Assembly: GCA_964586355.1 (NCBI GenBank)
Contig: CAZPGO010000030.1
Coordinates: 20,421 to 84,420, forward strand
Source of the DNA: an uncultured archaeon
Lineage (GTDB): Archaea > Iainarchaeota > Iainarchaeia > Iainarchaeales > CSSED10-239
DNA length: 64,000 bases
Reading direction: 5' to 3'
The notes beneath the pieces were generated by a model, which had not been told where the DNA came from, made no database searches, and worked only from the letters and a program-made list of their open reading frames with translations. Both the position numbers and the translations under genes were made by a program. Of the stretch, positions 9,175-18,731 are shown piece after piece. How positions within the stretch are numbered: the stretch's first letter is position 1; each line of letters starts with the position of its first letter.

Positions 9175-10005
9175 TCATATGTTATCTAAAGGATTTTGAA
9201 TAGTTTTTAGTTTATTTGTATTAACTTTAGTATAAATTTGTGTGGTATTTAAGTTAGCATGTCCTAGTAGTTGTTGAATATATCTAATATTTACATCATT
9301 TTCTAATAAATTAGTAGCAAATGAGTGTCTTAATGTATGTGGACTAATTTTTTTATCAATATTTGATTTACTAGAATATATTTTTAAAAATTTTTGAATA
9401 GTGTCTACTGAAAGTGCATTACCTGAATTATTACAAAATAAATATTCTGATTTTATTTTTCTATTTTCTAAATATGTTTTATAATCTTCTACCCATTTTT
9501 TAGAAAGAATAATTATTCTATCCTTATTTCCTTTTCCACTAATAACATTACCAGTAAACTCATCAAAATTTAAATTACTTATTTTCATATTTACACATTC
9601 TGATATTCTAACACCTGTTGAAAACATAAATTCTACTATTAGTTTATTTCTAGTATTATCTATAACAGAAATAAGTTCTTTAATTTCTTTAGGTGTTAAG
9701 ACAATTGGTATTTTCTTAGCTTTTTTTGGCAGTTTTATATTTATTAAAATATTACTTTTTAAAAATTCAATATAAAAATGTTTAATAGCAGAAAGTACAA
9801 GATTAAGTGTTGCAGATCCTACTTTTTTTTCTGTTTTTAAATATGATAAAAAATTTATAATATCATCATCATTTATTTTATCTAGATCTTTTTTAACATA
9901 TTCATAAAACATATTTAAATATATCATATATGTATCAATAGTTCTTTGACTATAACCCATAATATTTAGTTCATTTTTGAATTTTTTTAATAGTATTTCT
10001 GACAT
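9175..10005 (-). CDS. xerA: Tyrosine recombinase, XerA/XerC/XerD-like integrase (276 aa).
   Basis: The N-terminal SAM-like core-binding domain is present. The catalytic R...HxxR...Y elements match a tyrosine recombinase catalytic domain: RISE, HTLRHSFATNLL and LGHANLNTTQIYTKV. Confidence 0.8.
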   Translation of the reverse strand: MSEILLKKFKNELNIMGYSQRTIDTYMIYLNMFYEYVKKDLDKINDDDIINFLSYLKTEKKVGSATLNLVLSAIKHFYIEFLKSNILINIKLPKKAKKIPIVLTPKEIKELISVIDNTRNKLIVEFMFSTGVRISECVNMKISNLNFDEFTGNVISGKGNKDRIIILSKKWVEDYKTYLENRKIKSEYLFCNNSGNALSVDTIQKFLKIYSSKSNIDKKISPHTLRHSFATNLLENDVNIRYIQQLLGHANLNTTQIYTKVNTNKLKTIQNPLDNI

Positions 10006-10356
10006 ATAAATAATAATAGCTCTATTTTCTTTATAATCTTATTGTTTTAAGCCGAAAAAGTGCTTTGTTTTTCAAACCTTTTTGACTCTTTTTTTTTCTA
10101 GTTTTTTAGTTTTTTTAATAAATTATATTAAACAAGTGTTATTTTGGCTTGTTTTATTTATACATAAATTTATTTTTTAGATCTTTTTTTCTTCTAACCT
10201 TTTATATTTTCTAGCTTTTTTCTAATTTATACATAAGTTAGTAAAACAAACAAAACCACTTATAAAATGATTGACCTTCTATTAATTATACTTTTTTTAA
10301 AAAAAGAAATATAATGTGATCAAATATAAATCCCAAATACATACTCAACAGAAAAG

Positions 10357-12353
10357 ATGAAAAAATCACTTATAATATTTATAAAATCAAATTAGCAATA
10401 TTAAAAGCACTTGATGCAATTGAGAATCCTGATATAGATCTTGCTGATTTTATTACTAAAAAAGTTGATACTGTTTTAGTTAATGAATATTTTAATAAAA
10501 AGATTTTACCTAAGATTGATGATATTCAAAATATTATTGAAGATGTTTTAATTAAAGAAGGATTAACTAAATTAGTAAAAGCTTATGTTATTTATAGAAA
10601 ACAACATGATGATTTTAGGCAATTTTCTAAATTAATAGATAGTGTTAATGCTGTTGAAAGTTACATAAACATTTCTGATTGGCAAGTAAAAGAAAATAGC
10701 AATATGGATTATTCATTACAAGGTCTAAATAATTATTTATCTACTAAAATAATTTCTGATTATTGGATAAAAAAAATATATCCTCCAGAAATAAAGGAAG
10801 CACACGAAAAAAGGCAATTACATATACACGATCTAAGCACATTAGGACCTTATTGTGTAGGTTGGGATCTACAATTTTTATTAAGAAATGGTTTTAAGGG
10901 AGGTCTTGGTAAAATTGTTGCATCTGCTCCAAAACATTTTGATATTGCATTAGGTCAAATAGTTAATTTCATTTATACTCTTCAAGGAGAAGCAGCAGGT
11001 GCTCAAGCTTTTAGTAATTTTGATACTCTTTTAGCTCCTTTTATTTTTTATGATAATCTGGATTATAAAAGAGTAAAGGCAGATCTTGAAAAATTTATTT
11101 ATAATATGAATGTTCCAACAAGGGTTGGATATCAAACTCCATTTTCAAATATAACCTTAGATCTAACAATACCATCAACTCTAAAAAACGAATCAGTAAT
11201 AATTGCAGGAAAACCTATGGACAAAACCTATGGGGAATTCCAAGAACAAGTTGATATGTTTAATAAAGCAATTTTAGAAATTTTTTATGAAGGTGATGCT
11301 GGAGGAAACATGTTTTCATTTCCAATACCTACAATAAATGTTACTAGTGACTTTAATTGGGATAGTGATCTTGCAAATAAAATAATTGATCTAACCATAA
11401 AATATGGTACCCCTTATTTTGCAAACTTTGTAAATTCTGATATGAAACCAGAAGATGCTAGAAGTATGTGTTGTAGATTAAGATTAGATAATCGTGAGCT
11501 TCAAAAAAGAGGAGGAGGGTTATTTGGATCTAATCCTCTAACAGGATCTATTGGTGTTGTAACAATTAACCTTGCACAGATAGGTTATCTTGCAAAAACA
11601 AAAGAAGAGTATTTTGAAAGACTTGGTTATTTAATGGATCTTGCTAAAAAATCATTAGATCTAAAAAGAAAGATTGTTGAAAAGTATACAGAGGATGGAC
11701 TATACCCTTATTCTAAATACAATCTTTCACAGATACATGATAGATTTGGATCTTATTGGAAAAATCATTTTTCTACTATTGGTCTACTTGGTATGAACGA
11801 ATCTGCTGTTAATTTTTTAGGTGAAGGCATATATACAGAAAAAGGTCAGGCTTTTGCTATTGAAGTTATGGATTTTATGAGAGATAGAATACAAAAATAT
11901 CAAGAAGATACAGGAAATTTATATAATCTAGAAGCAACTCCAGGAGAGAGTACTACTTATAGATTTGCAACTTATGATAAAAAAGAGCATCCTTCAATAA
12001 TTGTTGCTAATGAAGAAAATTATCAACAAGGTGCTCAGCCATATTATACAAATTCAACACAATTACCAGTAAATTATACAACAGATATTTTTGATGTCTT
12101 GGATTTACAAGACGATTTACAATGTAAGTACACTGGTGGAACAGTTCTTCATTTTTTTATTGGTGAAAAAAAACCTTCTAGAGAAGCAATAAAATCATTA
12201 ATAAAAAAAATCTCTAAAAATTACAAATTACCATACTTTACATTTAGTCCAACATTTTCAATTTGTCCAAAACACGGATATATTTTTGGAGAGCATGAAT
12301 ATTGCCCACTTTGTGATAAAGAAATAGGGTATATAGAAAAGGAGGAAAAGTAA
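10357..12353 (+). CDS. nrdD: Anaerobic ribonucleoside-triphosphate reductase NrdD (class III RNR). It has an N-terminal ATP-cone and a C-terminal Zn ribbon. There is an apparent +1/-1 frame problem in an A6 run just after the ATG at 10357; the ORF-track start at 10704 is internal.
   Basis: The frame is open from 10320 to 12353. Upstream of the track start it encodes ...LNRKDEKITYNIYKIKLAILKALDAIENPD...LVKAYVIYRKQ, which is an ATP-cone. The CxxC...CxxC motif is CPKHGY...CPLCDKE. Confidence 0.8.
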
Positions 12354-12508
12354 ATGGAAGCAAATATAGAAGAATTAAAAGCAAAAAGACAAAAATGTGA
12401 AATTTTTTCTAGAGTAGTAGGATATGTAAGAAGAGTAGATGCATGGAATTATGGTAAACAAGCAGAGTTTCATGATAGAAAATTATTTAATACAGATAAG
12501 AAGTAATT
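12354..12508 (+). CDS. Stand-alone NrdD C-terminal glycyl-radical domain (51 aa). It is in the same frame as nrdD, separated from it by a single TAA.
   Basis: MEANIEELKAKRQKCEIFSRVVGYVRRVDAWNYGKQAEFHDRK contains the RV-x-GY glycyl-radical motif and the W-N-x-GK-x-E tail typical of the NrdD C-terminus. Confidence 0.6.
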
Positions 12509-12511
12509 AAC

Positions 12512-13180
12512 ATGGAATTAAGAATAGGTGCAATAGAAAAATTTAGCACAATAGATTATCCTGACAAGATATCTTGTGCTATTTTTTTAAAAGGGTGTAA
12601 TTTTTTTTGTGGTTTTTGTTATAATAAACAACTAGTTTGTAAAGAACTATTGGACACCACTCCTGATCTTCCCCTAGAAGAACTTAAAGAATTTTTAAAC
12701 AAACGTGTTGGCTTAATTGATGCGGTTGTTGTTAGTGGTGGAGAACCAACAATATATGGCGATTCTCTTATTTCTTTTATTAGAGAGATAAAAACAAAAG
12801 GTTATCTAATAAAATTAGACACAAATGGTTCAAATCCAAAAGTATTAAAACAAATAATTTCTGAAAATTTGGTTGATTATATTGCTATGGATTTAAAAGA
12901 TTCTTTTGAAAATTATGATAAATATACTTTTGTTCCTGTTGAAAACATCAAAGAGTCTATTAATTTAATCCTAAATTCCAACATAGCTCATGAGTTTAGA
13001 GTTACCACTCACCCAGAACTAACTTTGGAGAATTTTAATATTTTATTAACTTATGTTCCTGAGCAAAAGGTTCTTGTCCAAGATTTCATGAACACCAATA
13101 CTATAAAAGAATATCCTGATGATTCTAAAACAATTTTTTCACAATTATCAAAAGAGGACAAAAGATATATTTTACGTTAA
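12512..13180 (+). CDS. nrdG: Anaerobic RNR activating enzyme NrdG (radical SAM).
   Basis: The CxxxCxxC cluster is CNFFCGFCYNKQ. It has the GGEP motif (VSGGEPTIY). It lies directly downstream of nrdD. Confidence 0.85.
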   Translation: MELRIGAIEKFSTIDYPDKISCAIFLKGCNFFCGFCYNKQLVCKELLDTTPDLPLEELKEFLNKRVGLIDAVVVSGGEPTIYGDSLISFIREIKTKGYLIKLDTNGSNPKVLKQIISENLVDYIAMDLKDSFENYDKYTFVPVENIKESINLILNSNIAHEFRVTTHPELTLENFNILLTYVPEQKVLVQDFMNTNTIKEYPDDSKTIFSQLSKEDKRYILR

Positions 13181-13204
13181 TATTTTTAAAAAGAGAGATT
13201 AATT

Positions 13205-15250
13205 ATGGTTTTTGTAAATACAATAATAAGCAATTCAAATGAAAAAGAAATATTTTCTAAAGAAAAATTAACTATTTTATTATTTGAAAATATGTGTACT
13301 ATTGGTTCACCAAATTTAAATCTTGCAGAAAAACTTTCTTTTTTAATAGTTGATAAAGTTAATGCTAGTTTTTCAGAGTCTATTTCTTTTGAAAAATTAG
13401 ATGATATTATAAAAGAGGTTTTATTTAAAGAAAATCAAAAAGATCTCTTACAAGCATATATTTTTAAGAAATCAAAACCTGATCATTCTTTAATAGATCA
13501 GGAGCTTAAAGAAAACATATTAAAATTTCTTTTGAATTTAAATGATTCTGAAAATATTTCTTCTTATTTAATAAATTTAAATAGTCAATTAAATGAATTA
13601 CAGAATAACACCCATGAAAAAATAAACAAAAATATTTTTGATTATATAAGAGAGGGTTTATTTTACCCAAGTTCAAAGATTTTAAAAAGTATTTCAAAAA
13701 ATCATTATTTTTCCTCCACATTTTCTTTTCATATTGAGGATACCTTAGAGTCTATTTTTGATAATTTGTCTTTATCTAGTAAGCTTCAAAAACAAGGTCT
13801 CTCAATATCAATTGATTTAAGTAAAATAAGATCTCAAAAAGAAAAAATAAAATCTATTAATGAAAATGCTTGTGGACCTATTAAAGTTGCAAATTTATTT
13901 AGATCTGCAAAGGCTATGATTGGGTACTCTATAAAAACATCTAGTAATGTTTTTTCTATATCTATTGAACATCCAGATATAATCTCTTTAATTAATTATA
14001 ATTTTTCAGAAACCTCTGATAATTTCACAATTTTAGTTCCAAATAGATTTGTTGAAAACTATATGAATAATGAAGACTATGTTATTGAGACTGTTTTTGG
14101 TAATCAAAAAATAACTCCTTCAATAATTTTTGATCTAATTTGTTCAAAAATAGCTATTGGGGAAAAAATAAATCTTGTCTTTGTAGATCTGATGTCTAAA
14201 AAAAACCCAATCTCTTTAGAACAAAAAATTTTTTCAATTTCTTCTGTCGGTTATCAACCAGTAATTGACAAAAGTGGTTTTCTCTCGGGGGTAATTGATG
14301 TTTCAAAATTAGTAAATATTTTAGGAGATGCTAAAACTTTTGATTGGCAAAAACTAAAAGCAATTATTTGGGATTCTGTAGAATTTTTAGATAATCTTAT
14401 TGATTCTTCTAATTATATTAATGATGAATATATGCAAGCGGCAAAAGATTATAGGCAGATCTATTTGTCTATAACTGGTTTTGCTACTCTTTTATCTAAA
14501 CTAAATATTTCCTATAATAGTGATGATGCGATCTTTTTTGCAGAAACTCTATCTAATTTTATATCCTACTATGCAAAGCTAAAATCCACTGAGCTTGCAA
14601 AAGAAAGAGGTCCATTTTTAAAATTCATAAAAAGTAAATATGAACAATCCTCTTTTTCTTTTGAAAAATCTTCTATTCAAAAAACTTTGTTTTCAAATGA
14701 TCTAAGCAAATCTAAAAAATTATTAAATAATATGCCTTTAATTGATTGGGTTGAACTTAGAAATAATATTAAGAAATACGGACTTAGAAACGCAACTACT
14801 TTTGGAATAATTTTTTCTGATTTTTATTCTATTGCAAATGATTCTACTAACTCTGTTAATCCTATTTTGAGTTATAAAAGTACATATCTAATTAATGGTT
14901 ATAAATCAGAAAAAATAAAGAAAGAACTTTCCTTAACTTCCCCAGACATAAATGAAAATTGGACAGAAGAGGAAATTGATTCTTTTTTATCTAATGATCT
15001 AAAAAAGTTGTTTGTTAAAGCCAAAAATATAGATCCTTATTTTTTAATAAGATTACAATCTGTTTTTGAAAAAAATTCTGACGGGCTTACAAATATAAAT
15101 ATTTTTATTACTGATAATTATACAATCTTAGATATAAAGAATCTAATAATCGAAAGTTACATGTTAGGAAATTCCTTATTTTTGCCAGAAAAAATAAATG
15201 GTCAAAATGACTTTAATACAGATAAAAAAACGAAAAAAAATAGTTTATAA
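13205..15250 (+). CDS. Large ATP-cone-containing RNR-like protein (681 aa), possibly a degenerate class II RNR paralog.
   Basis: The N-terminal about 95 aa look like an ATP-cone (FSKEKLTILLFENMC...LQAYIFKKSK, compare a.aYi.yR). An N-x-C-G-x-I loop (NENACGPIKVANL) resembles the RNR thiyl-radical finger loop SNPCGEI but has Pro where the catalytic Glu would be. Confidence 0.35.
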   Translation: MVFVNTIISNSNEKEIFSKEKLTILLFENMCTIGSPNLNLAEKLSFLIVDKVNASFSESISFEKLDDIIKEVLFKENQKDLLQAYIFKKSKPDHSLIDQELKENILKFLLNLNDSENISSYLINLNSQLNELQNNTHEKINKNIFDYIREGLFYPSSKILKSISKNHYFSSTFSFHIEDTLESIFDNLSLSSKLQKQGLSISIDLSKIRSQKEKIKSINENACGPIKVANLFRSAKAMIGYSIKTSSNVFSISIEHPDIISLINYNFSETSDNFTILVPNRFVENYMNNEDYVIETVFGNQKITPSIIFDLICSKIAIGEKINLVFVDLMSKKNPISLEQKIFSISSVGYQPVIDKSGFLSGVIDVSKLVNILGDAKTFDWQKLKAIIWDSVEFLDNLIDSSNYINDEYMQAAKDYRQIYLSITGFATLLSKLNISYNSDDAIFFAETLSNFISYYAKLKSTELAKERGPFLKFIKSKYEQSSFSFEKSSIQKTLFSNDLSKSKKLLNNMPLIDWVELRNNIKKYGLRNATTFGIIFSDFYSIANDSTNSVNPILSYKSTYLINGYKSEKIKKELSLTSPDINENWTEEEIDSFLSNDLKKLFVKAKNIDPYFLIRLQSVFEKNSDGLTNINIFITDNYTILDIKNLIIESYMLGNSLFLPEKINGQNDFNTDKKTKKNSL

Positions 15251-15278
15251 CTTATTTTAAACAAAGGAGTGATAGTAA

Positions 15279-15575
15279 ATGCCATTATTTAAAGGTCCTA
15301 TAAAAAGACCTGCAGTAAGGAAACCAAAAAAACCTACCCTGAATAAATTTGCAAATTCAAAAAAACCAAATAACTCTACACAAATAAGTAAAGATTTAAG
15401 AGAATCATTTGGAGATTTAGCAAAGTCTTTAATGCAAAACAAATCAAAACCAAAAACAAAAAGCACAATAACTAGCGAACAGCAAAAAAAGAAAGCAATT
15501 TTACTAACAAGACAAAAACAAAGAATAAAGCAAATTAAGAAAGCAAAAAAAGAAAATAAAAAAAGATCTGCATAA
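15279..15575 (+). CDS. Small, highly basic K/R-rich protein (98 aa), function unknown. It could be a nucleic-acid-binding or ribosome-associated protein.
   Basis: Composition only. No motif was recognised. Confidence 0.3.
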   Translation: MPLFKGPIKRPAVRKPKKPTLNKFANSKKPNNSTQISKDLRESFGDLAKSLMQNKSKPKTKSTITSEQQKKKAILLTRQKQRIKQIKKAKKENKKRSA

Positions 15576-15579
15576 ATGT

Positions 15580-17775
15580 CTAACTAATTGCAGAATCTGT
15601 TTTTTCTGTTTTTTCATTTTTCTTTTTAAATTTTTCAATAGCTTTTAAGAAAGCAGTTTTTGAAACTATTGGTTTTGTTTTTAGTTTTTTATTTTTTTCT
15701 GTTTTTTCTACAATTGTTCTTATTTCAGAAAGTCCTGCTTCTCTACATATTGCTTCAATATCAGCACCAGAAAACCCTTCTGTTTCTTTAGCTAGTTGTG
15801 ATATTTTTATTTGGGAATCCACATTCATCTTATTAATATATACTTCAAATATTTTTTCTCTGGTTTTTAGATCTGGTAAAGGGACTAATAATATTTTTTC
15901 AAATCTGCCTGGTCTTAAAAATGCAGAGTCTACCATATCTATTCTATTTGTTGCACCAATAATAACTATATCCTTAAGATTAGAAACTCCATCAATTTCT
16001 GTTAATAGTTGTGCAACTACATTATTTTTTGCCTCGTTGCCTATTTCTCCATATCTTGTTCCTGTAATAGAGTCTATCTCATCAATAAATATAATACTTG
16101 GCGCTAGTTGTCTTGCTTTTTTAAAAATATCTCTTATCTTTTTTTCTGATTCTCCAACCCATTTATTATAAATTTCAGGTCCTTTTACAGAAATAAAATT
16201 GGCATTTGCTTCAGTAGCAATGGCTTTTGCTAGTAGTGTTTTTCCTGTTCCTGGAAGCCCATAAAGTAAAACCCCTCTTGGTGCTTGAACCCCAACATCT
16301 TCAAACAATGTTTTGTGTTTCATAGGCCATTCTATCATTTCTTTAAGTTCTTGTTTAATATTTTCTAAACCACCAACAGCATCCCATTTTGTATTTGGAA
16401 TTGTAACCATAATTTCTCTTATAGCAGATGGTTCAACAACATTTAGTGCATCTGAAAAATCTTCTTGTGTTATAATTAGTTTATCCATTATCTCTTTTGA
16501 TAAATGATTTCCTGTTTCCTTATTAATTAACGGTATTAATCTTTTTAGTGCTTTTAGTGCTGCTTCTTTACAAAGTGCGGAAATATCAGCACCAGAAAAG
16601 CCATTAGTGTATTCAATTATCTTATCTAGATTTACATTTACTAAAGGCATCCCTCTAGTATGCACCAATAATATTTCTTTTCTAGCATCTTTTGTTGGTA
16701 TGTTAATCTCTATCTCTCTATCAAATCTTCCTGGTCTTCTAAGAGCAGGATCTAAGGAATCAGGAATGTTTGTTGCACCAATAACAACAACATCCCCTCT
16801 TGTTTTTAACCCATCCATTAATGTTAATAATTGTGCAACAATTCTTTTTTCTGTTTCTCCATGAATGTTTTCTCTTTTAGGGGCTATTGCATCAATCTCA
16901 TCAATAAATATTATGCTTGGTGCTTTTTCTTCTGCTTCTTTAAATATTTTTCGCAGATTTTCTTCTGATTGCCCATAAACTCCACTAACTATTTCTGGCC
17001 CATTAATTATTTGAAAATTAGAATCTGTTTCACTAGCTACTGCTTTTGCTAATAATGTTTTTCCAGTTCCTGGTGGTCCATAAAGTAAAATACCCTTTGG
17101 TGCAGATATTCCTAATTTTTTAAAAATTTCTGGTCTTTTTATTGGGAGTTCTACCATTTCTCTAATACTTTCTATTTCTTTTTTTAATCCACCAATATCA
17201 TCATAAGTGATTCCTAGTTTATTTGCTTCTTCTGGTTTATCAGTAATTGTTATTTTTGTTTCTGGTGTGATCATTACTGCTCCTTTAGGTAATGTTTTTA
17301 TTACTGTTAATTGTAGATCTCTTTGTTCTCCAGTTTTAGTAACCATTTTTATTCCTGGTATGATTACTGTATTTTGTTCAATAATATTTTTATTTAATAA
17401 TCTATCTTTAATATATGCTAAGACGTCTTGTCTTTTAAGATCAGAACTTTCATCAGAAGGAGAAAGTGTTATACTATTTGCAATCTGACAAACAGTTTTT
17501 TCAATAGTTACTTCTTCATCTATTTTTGTTCCTGCATTAAATCTTAAGGTTGCATCAAGGCATATGGAATTAAGCCCAGTGTCAGAGATTTTCCCTTTAA
17601 TTGCATAAGCAATTGCAGATTTAGTTGTTTTTATTCCTTGTATCTTTATGGTATCTCCAGTAGTTAACCCAAGTTTTTCAAAAACAACAGGATCTATTTT
17701 TGCAATCCCTTTTCCTACATCTGAAATATCTATTTCTTTTACTGTTAAATATGCTTTTTCCATTTTTCTAATCAC
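15580..17775 (-). CDS. cdc48: CDC48/VCP-type AAA+ ATPase, with an N-domain and two AAA modules.
   Basis: Two Walker A motifs are present ([15 protein letters not shown] and [15 protein letters not shown]). Two Walker B/second-region-of-homology blocks are present ([14 protein letters not shown] and [10 protein letters not shown]). It is 731 aa. Confidence 0.9.
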   Translation of the reverse strand: MIRKMEKAYLTVKEIDISDVGKGIAKIDPVVFEKLGLTTGDTIKIQGIKTTKSAIAYAIKGKISDTGLNSICLDATLRFNAGTKIDEEVTIEKTVCQIANSITLSPSDESSDLKRQDVLAYIKDRLLNKNIIEQNTVIIPGIKMVTKTGEQRDLQLTVIKTLPKGAVMITPETKITITDKPEEANKLGITYDDIGGLKKEIESIREMVELPIKRPEIFKKLGISAPKGILLYGPPGTGKTLLAKAVASETDSNFQIINGPEIVSGVYGQSEENLRKIFKEAEEKAPSIIFIDEIDAIAPKRENIHGETEKRIVAQLLTLMDGLKTRGDVVVIGATNIPDSLDPALRRPGRFDREIEINIPTKDARKEILLVHTRGMPLVNVNLDKIIEYTNGFSGADISALCKEAALKALKRLIPLINKETGNHLSKEIMDKLIITQEDFSDALNVVEPSAIREIMVTIPNTKWDAVGGLENIKQELKEMIEWPMKHKTLFEDVGVQAPRGVLLYGLPGTGKTLLAKAIATEANANFISVKGPEIYNKWVGESEKKIRDIFKKARQLAPSIIFIDEIDSITGTRYGEIGNEAKNNVVAQLLTEIDGVSNLKDIVIIGATNRIDMVDSAFLRPGRFEKILLVPLPDLKTREKIFEVYINKMNVDSQIKISQLAKETEGFSGADIEAICREAGLSEIRTIVEKTEKNKKLKTKPIVSKTAFLKAIEKFKKKNEKTEKTDSAIS

Positions 17776-17909
17776 TCAATATATATTATAGAATATTTAT
17801 TTATAAATAACTACTAATATAAGAAATAGGTTTGAAAATAATTAAAAGTTTTGTGTAAATATTTTTATTAATTTTTCTTTTTTTATTAATTTTAAGTAGT
17901 GTTTTTTAA

Positions 17910-18731
17910 TTATAAAATTCTATTTTTTAGATCTTTTCTTATTTTGTAAGCAGTTTCTGCAATTTTTAATATATTTGTGTCTATTTCTTGAATAAACATT
18001 TCTTCTTTATTATGACTTAATTTTTTTATTGCACCTTTAAATGGAATAGTGATTTGTGAATGCCCAATTAGCGAATCCTTTATTTTATTATATTTAAATT
18101 CTCCAGCTGCATTACAAAAAACAAAAATGATTTCATTTTCAAAAGCGCGAGCAACACATATAGAATCTACAGATTTTATTTCTGCATTTGCATCTTCTTT
18201 TATTCCTTTGCCTGCATCTCCTGCAGACCAATGGCTTGGACAAATAATGATATTTGCGCCTTTTTTAACCATTTTTCTAAATATTTCTGGAAATATCAAA
18301 TCCCAACAAATAATTAATCCGATTTTTCCATATTTTGTATTAAATACAGAAATTTGATTTCCTGGTGTGAGATATTTTCTTTCAGGTAACCAAAGATTTA
18401 TTTTTTTGTATCTTGATTTTATTTTTCCTTTTGAATCAATATAATATGTCACATTATAAATTCCTGTATTTTCTTTTTCAATTATAGATCCAGGAACAAT
18501 ATCTATTTTGTATTTTTTTGCCAATTTTTGAAAATAGGCAACGAATAATCTTTTATGATCTACAAACTCGTCATTTCCCATAGTTGGGCCAGTAATAAAA
18601 TCTTCTGGAAAAACAATTATTTTTGCATTTTGATCTGCCGCCTTTTTGATAAATATTTCTGCTTTTTTTAAATTAGTTTCTGGTAGGAATTGATTTATTT
18701 TAAATTGTACTACTGCAATGTTTATTTTCAT
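17910..18731 (-). CDS. Carbon-nitrogen hydrolase (nitrilase superfamily).
   Basis: The E-K-C triad context is present: KINIAVVQF...IVFPE, then K, then GLIICWD. Its 3' end overlaps the topA start by 4 nt. Confidence 0.75.
   Translation of the reverse strand: MKINIAVVQFKINQFLPETNLKKAEIFIKKAADQNAKIIVFPEDFITGPTMGNDEFVDHKRLFVAYFQKLAKKYKIDIVPGSIIEKENTGIYNVTYYIDSKGKIKSRYKKINLWLPERKYLTPGNQISVFNTKYGKIGLIICWDLIFPEIFRKMVKKGANIIICPSHWSAGDAGKGIKEDANAEIKSVDSICVARAFENEIIFVFCNAAGEFKYNKIKDSLIGHSQITIPFKGAIKKLSHNKEEMFIQEIDTNILKIAETAYKIRKDLKNRIL

Noticed and set aside
15257-15466. A 69-aa minus-strand ORF overlapping the basic-protein gene.
   Set aside because: It is antisense to a compositionally coherent K-rich ORF, has no RBS or TATA, and is hydrophobic junk from poly-A/T.
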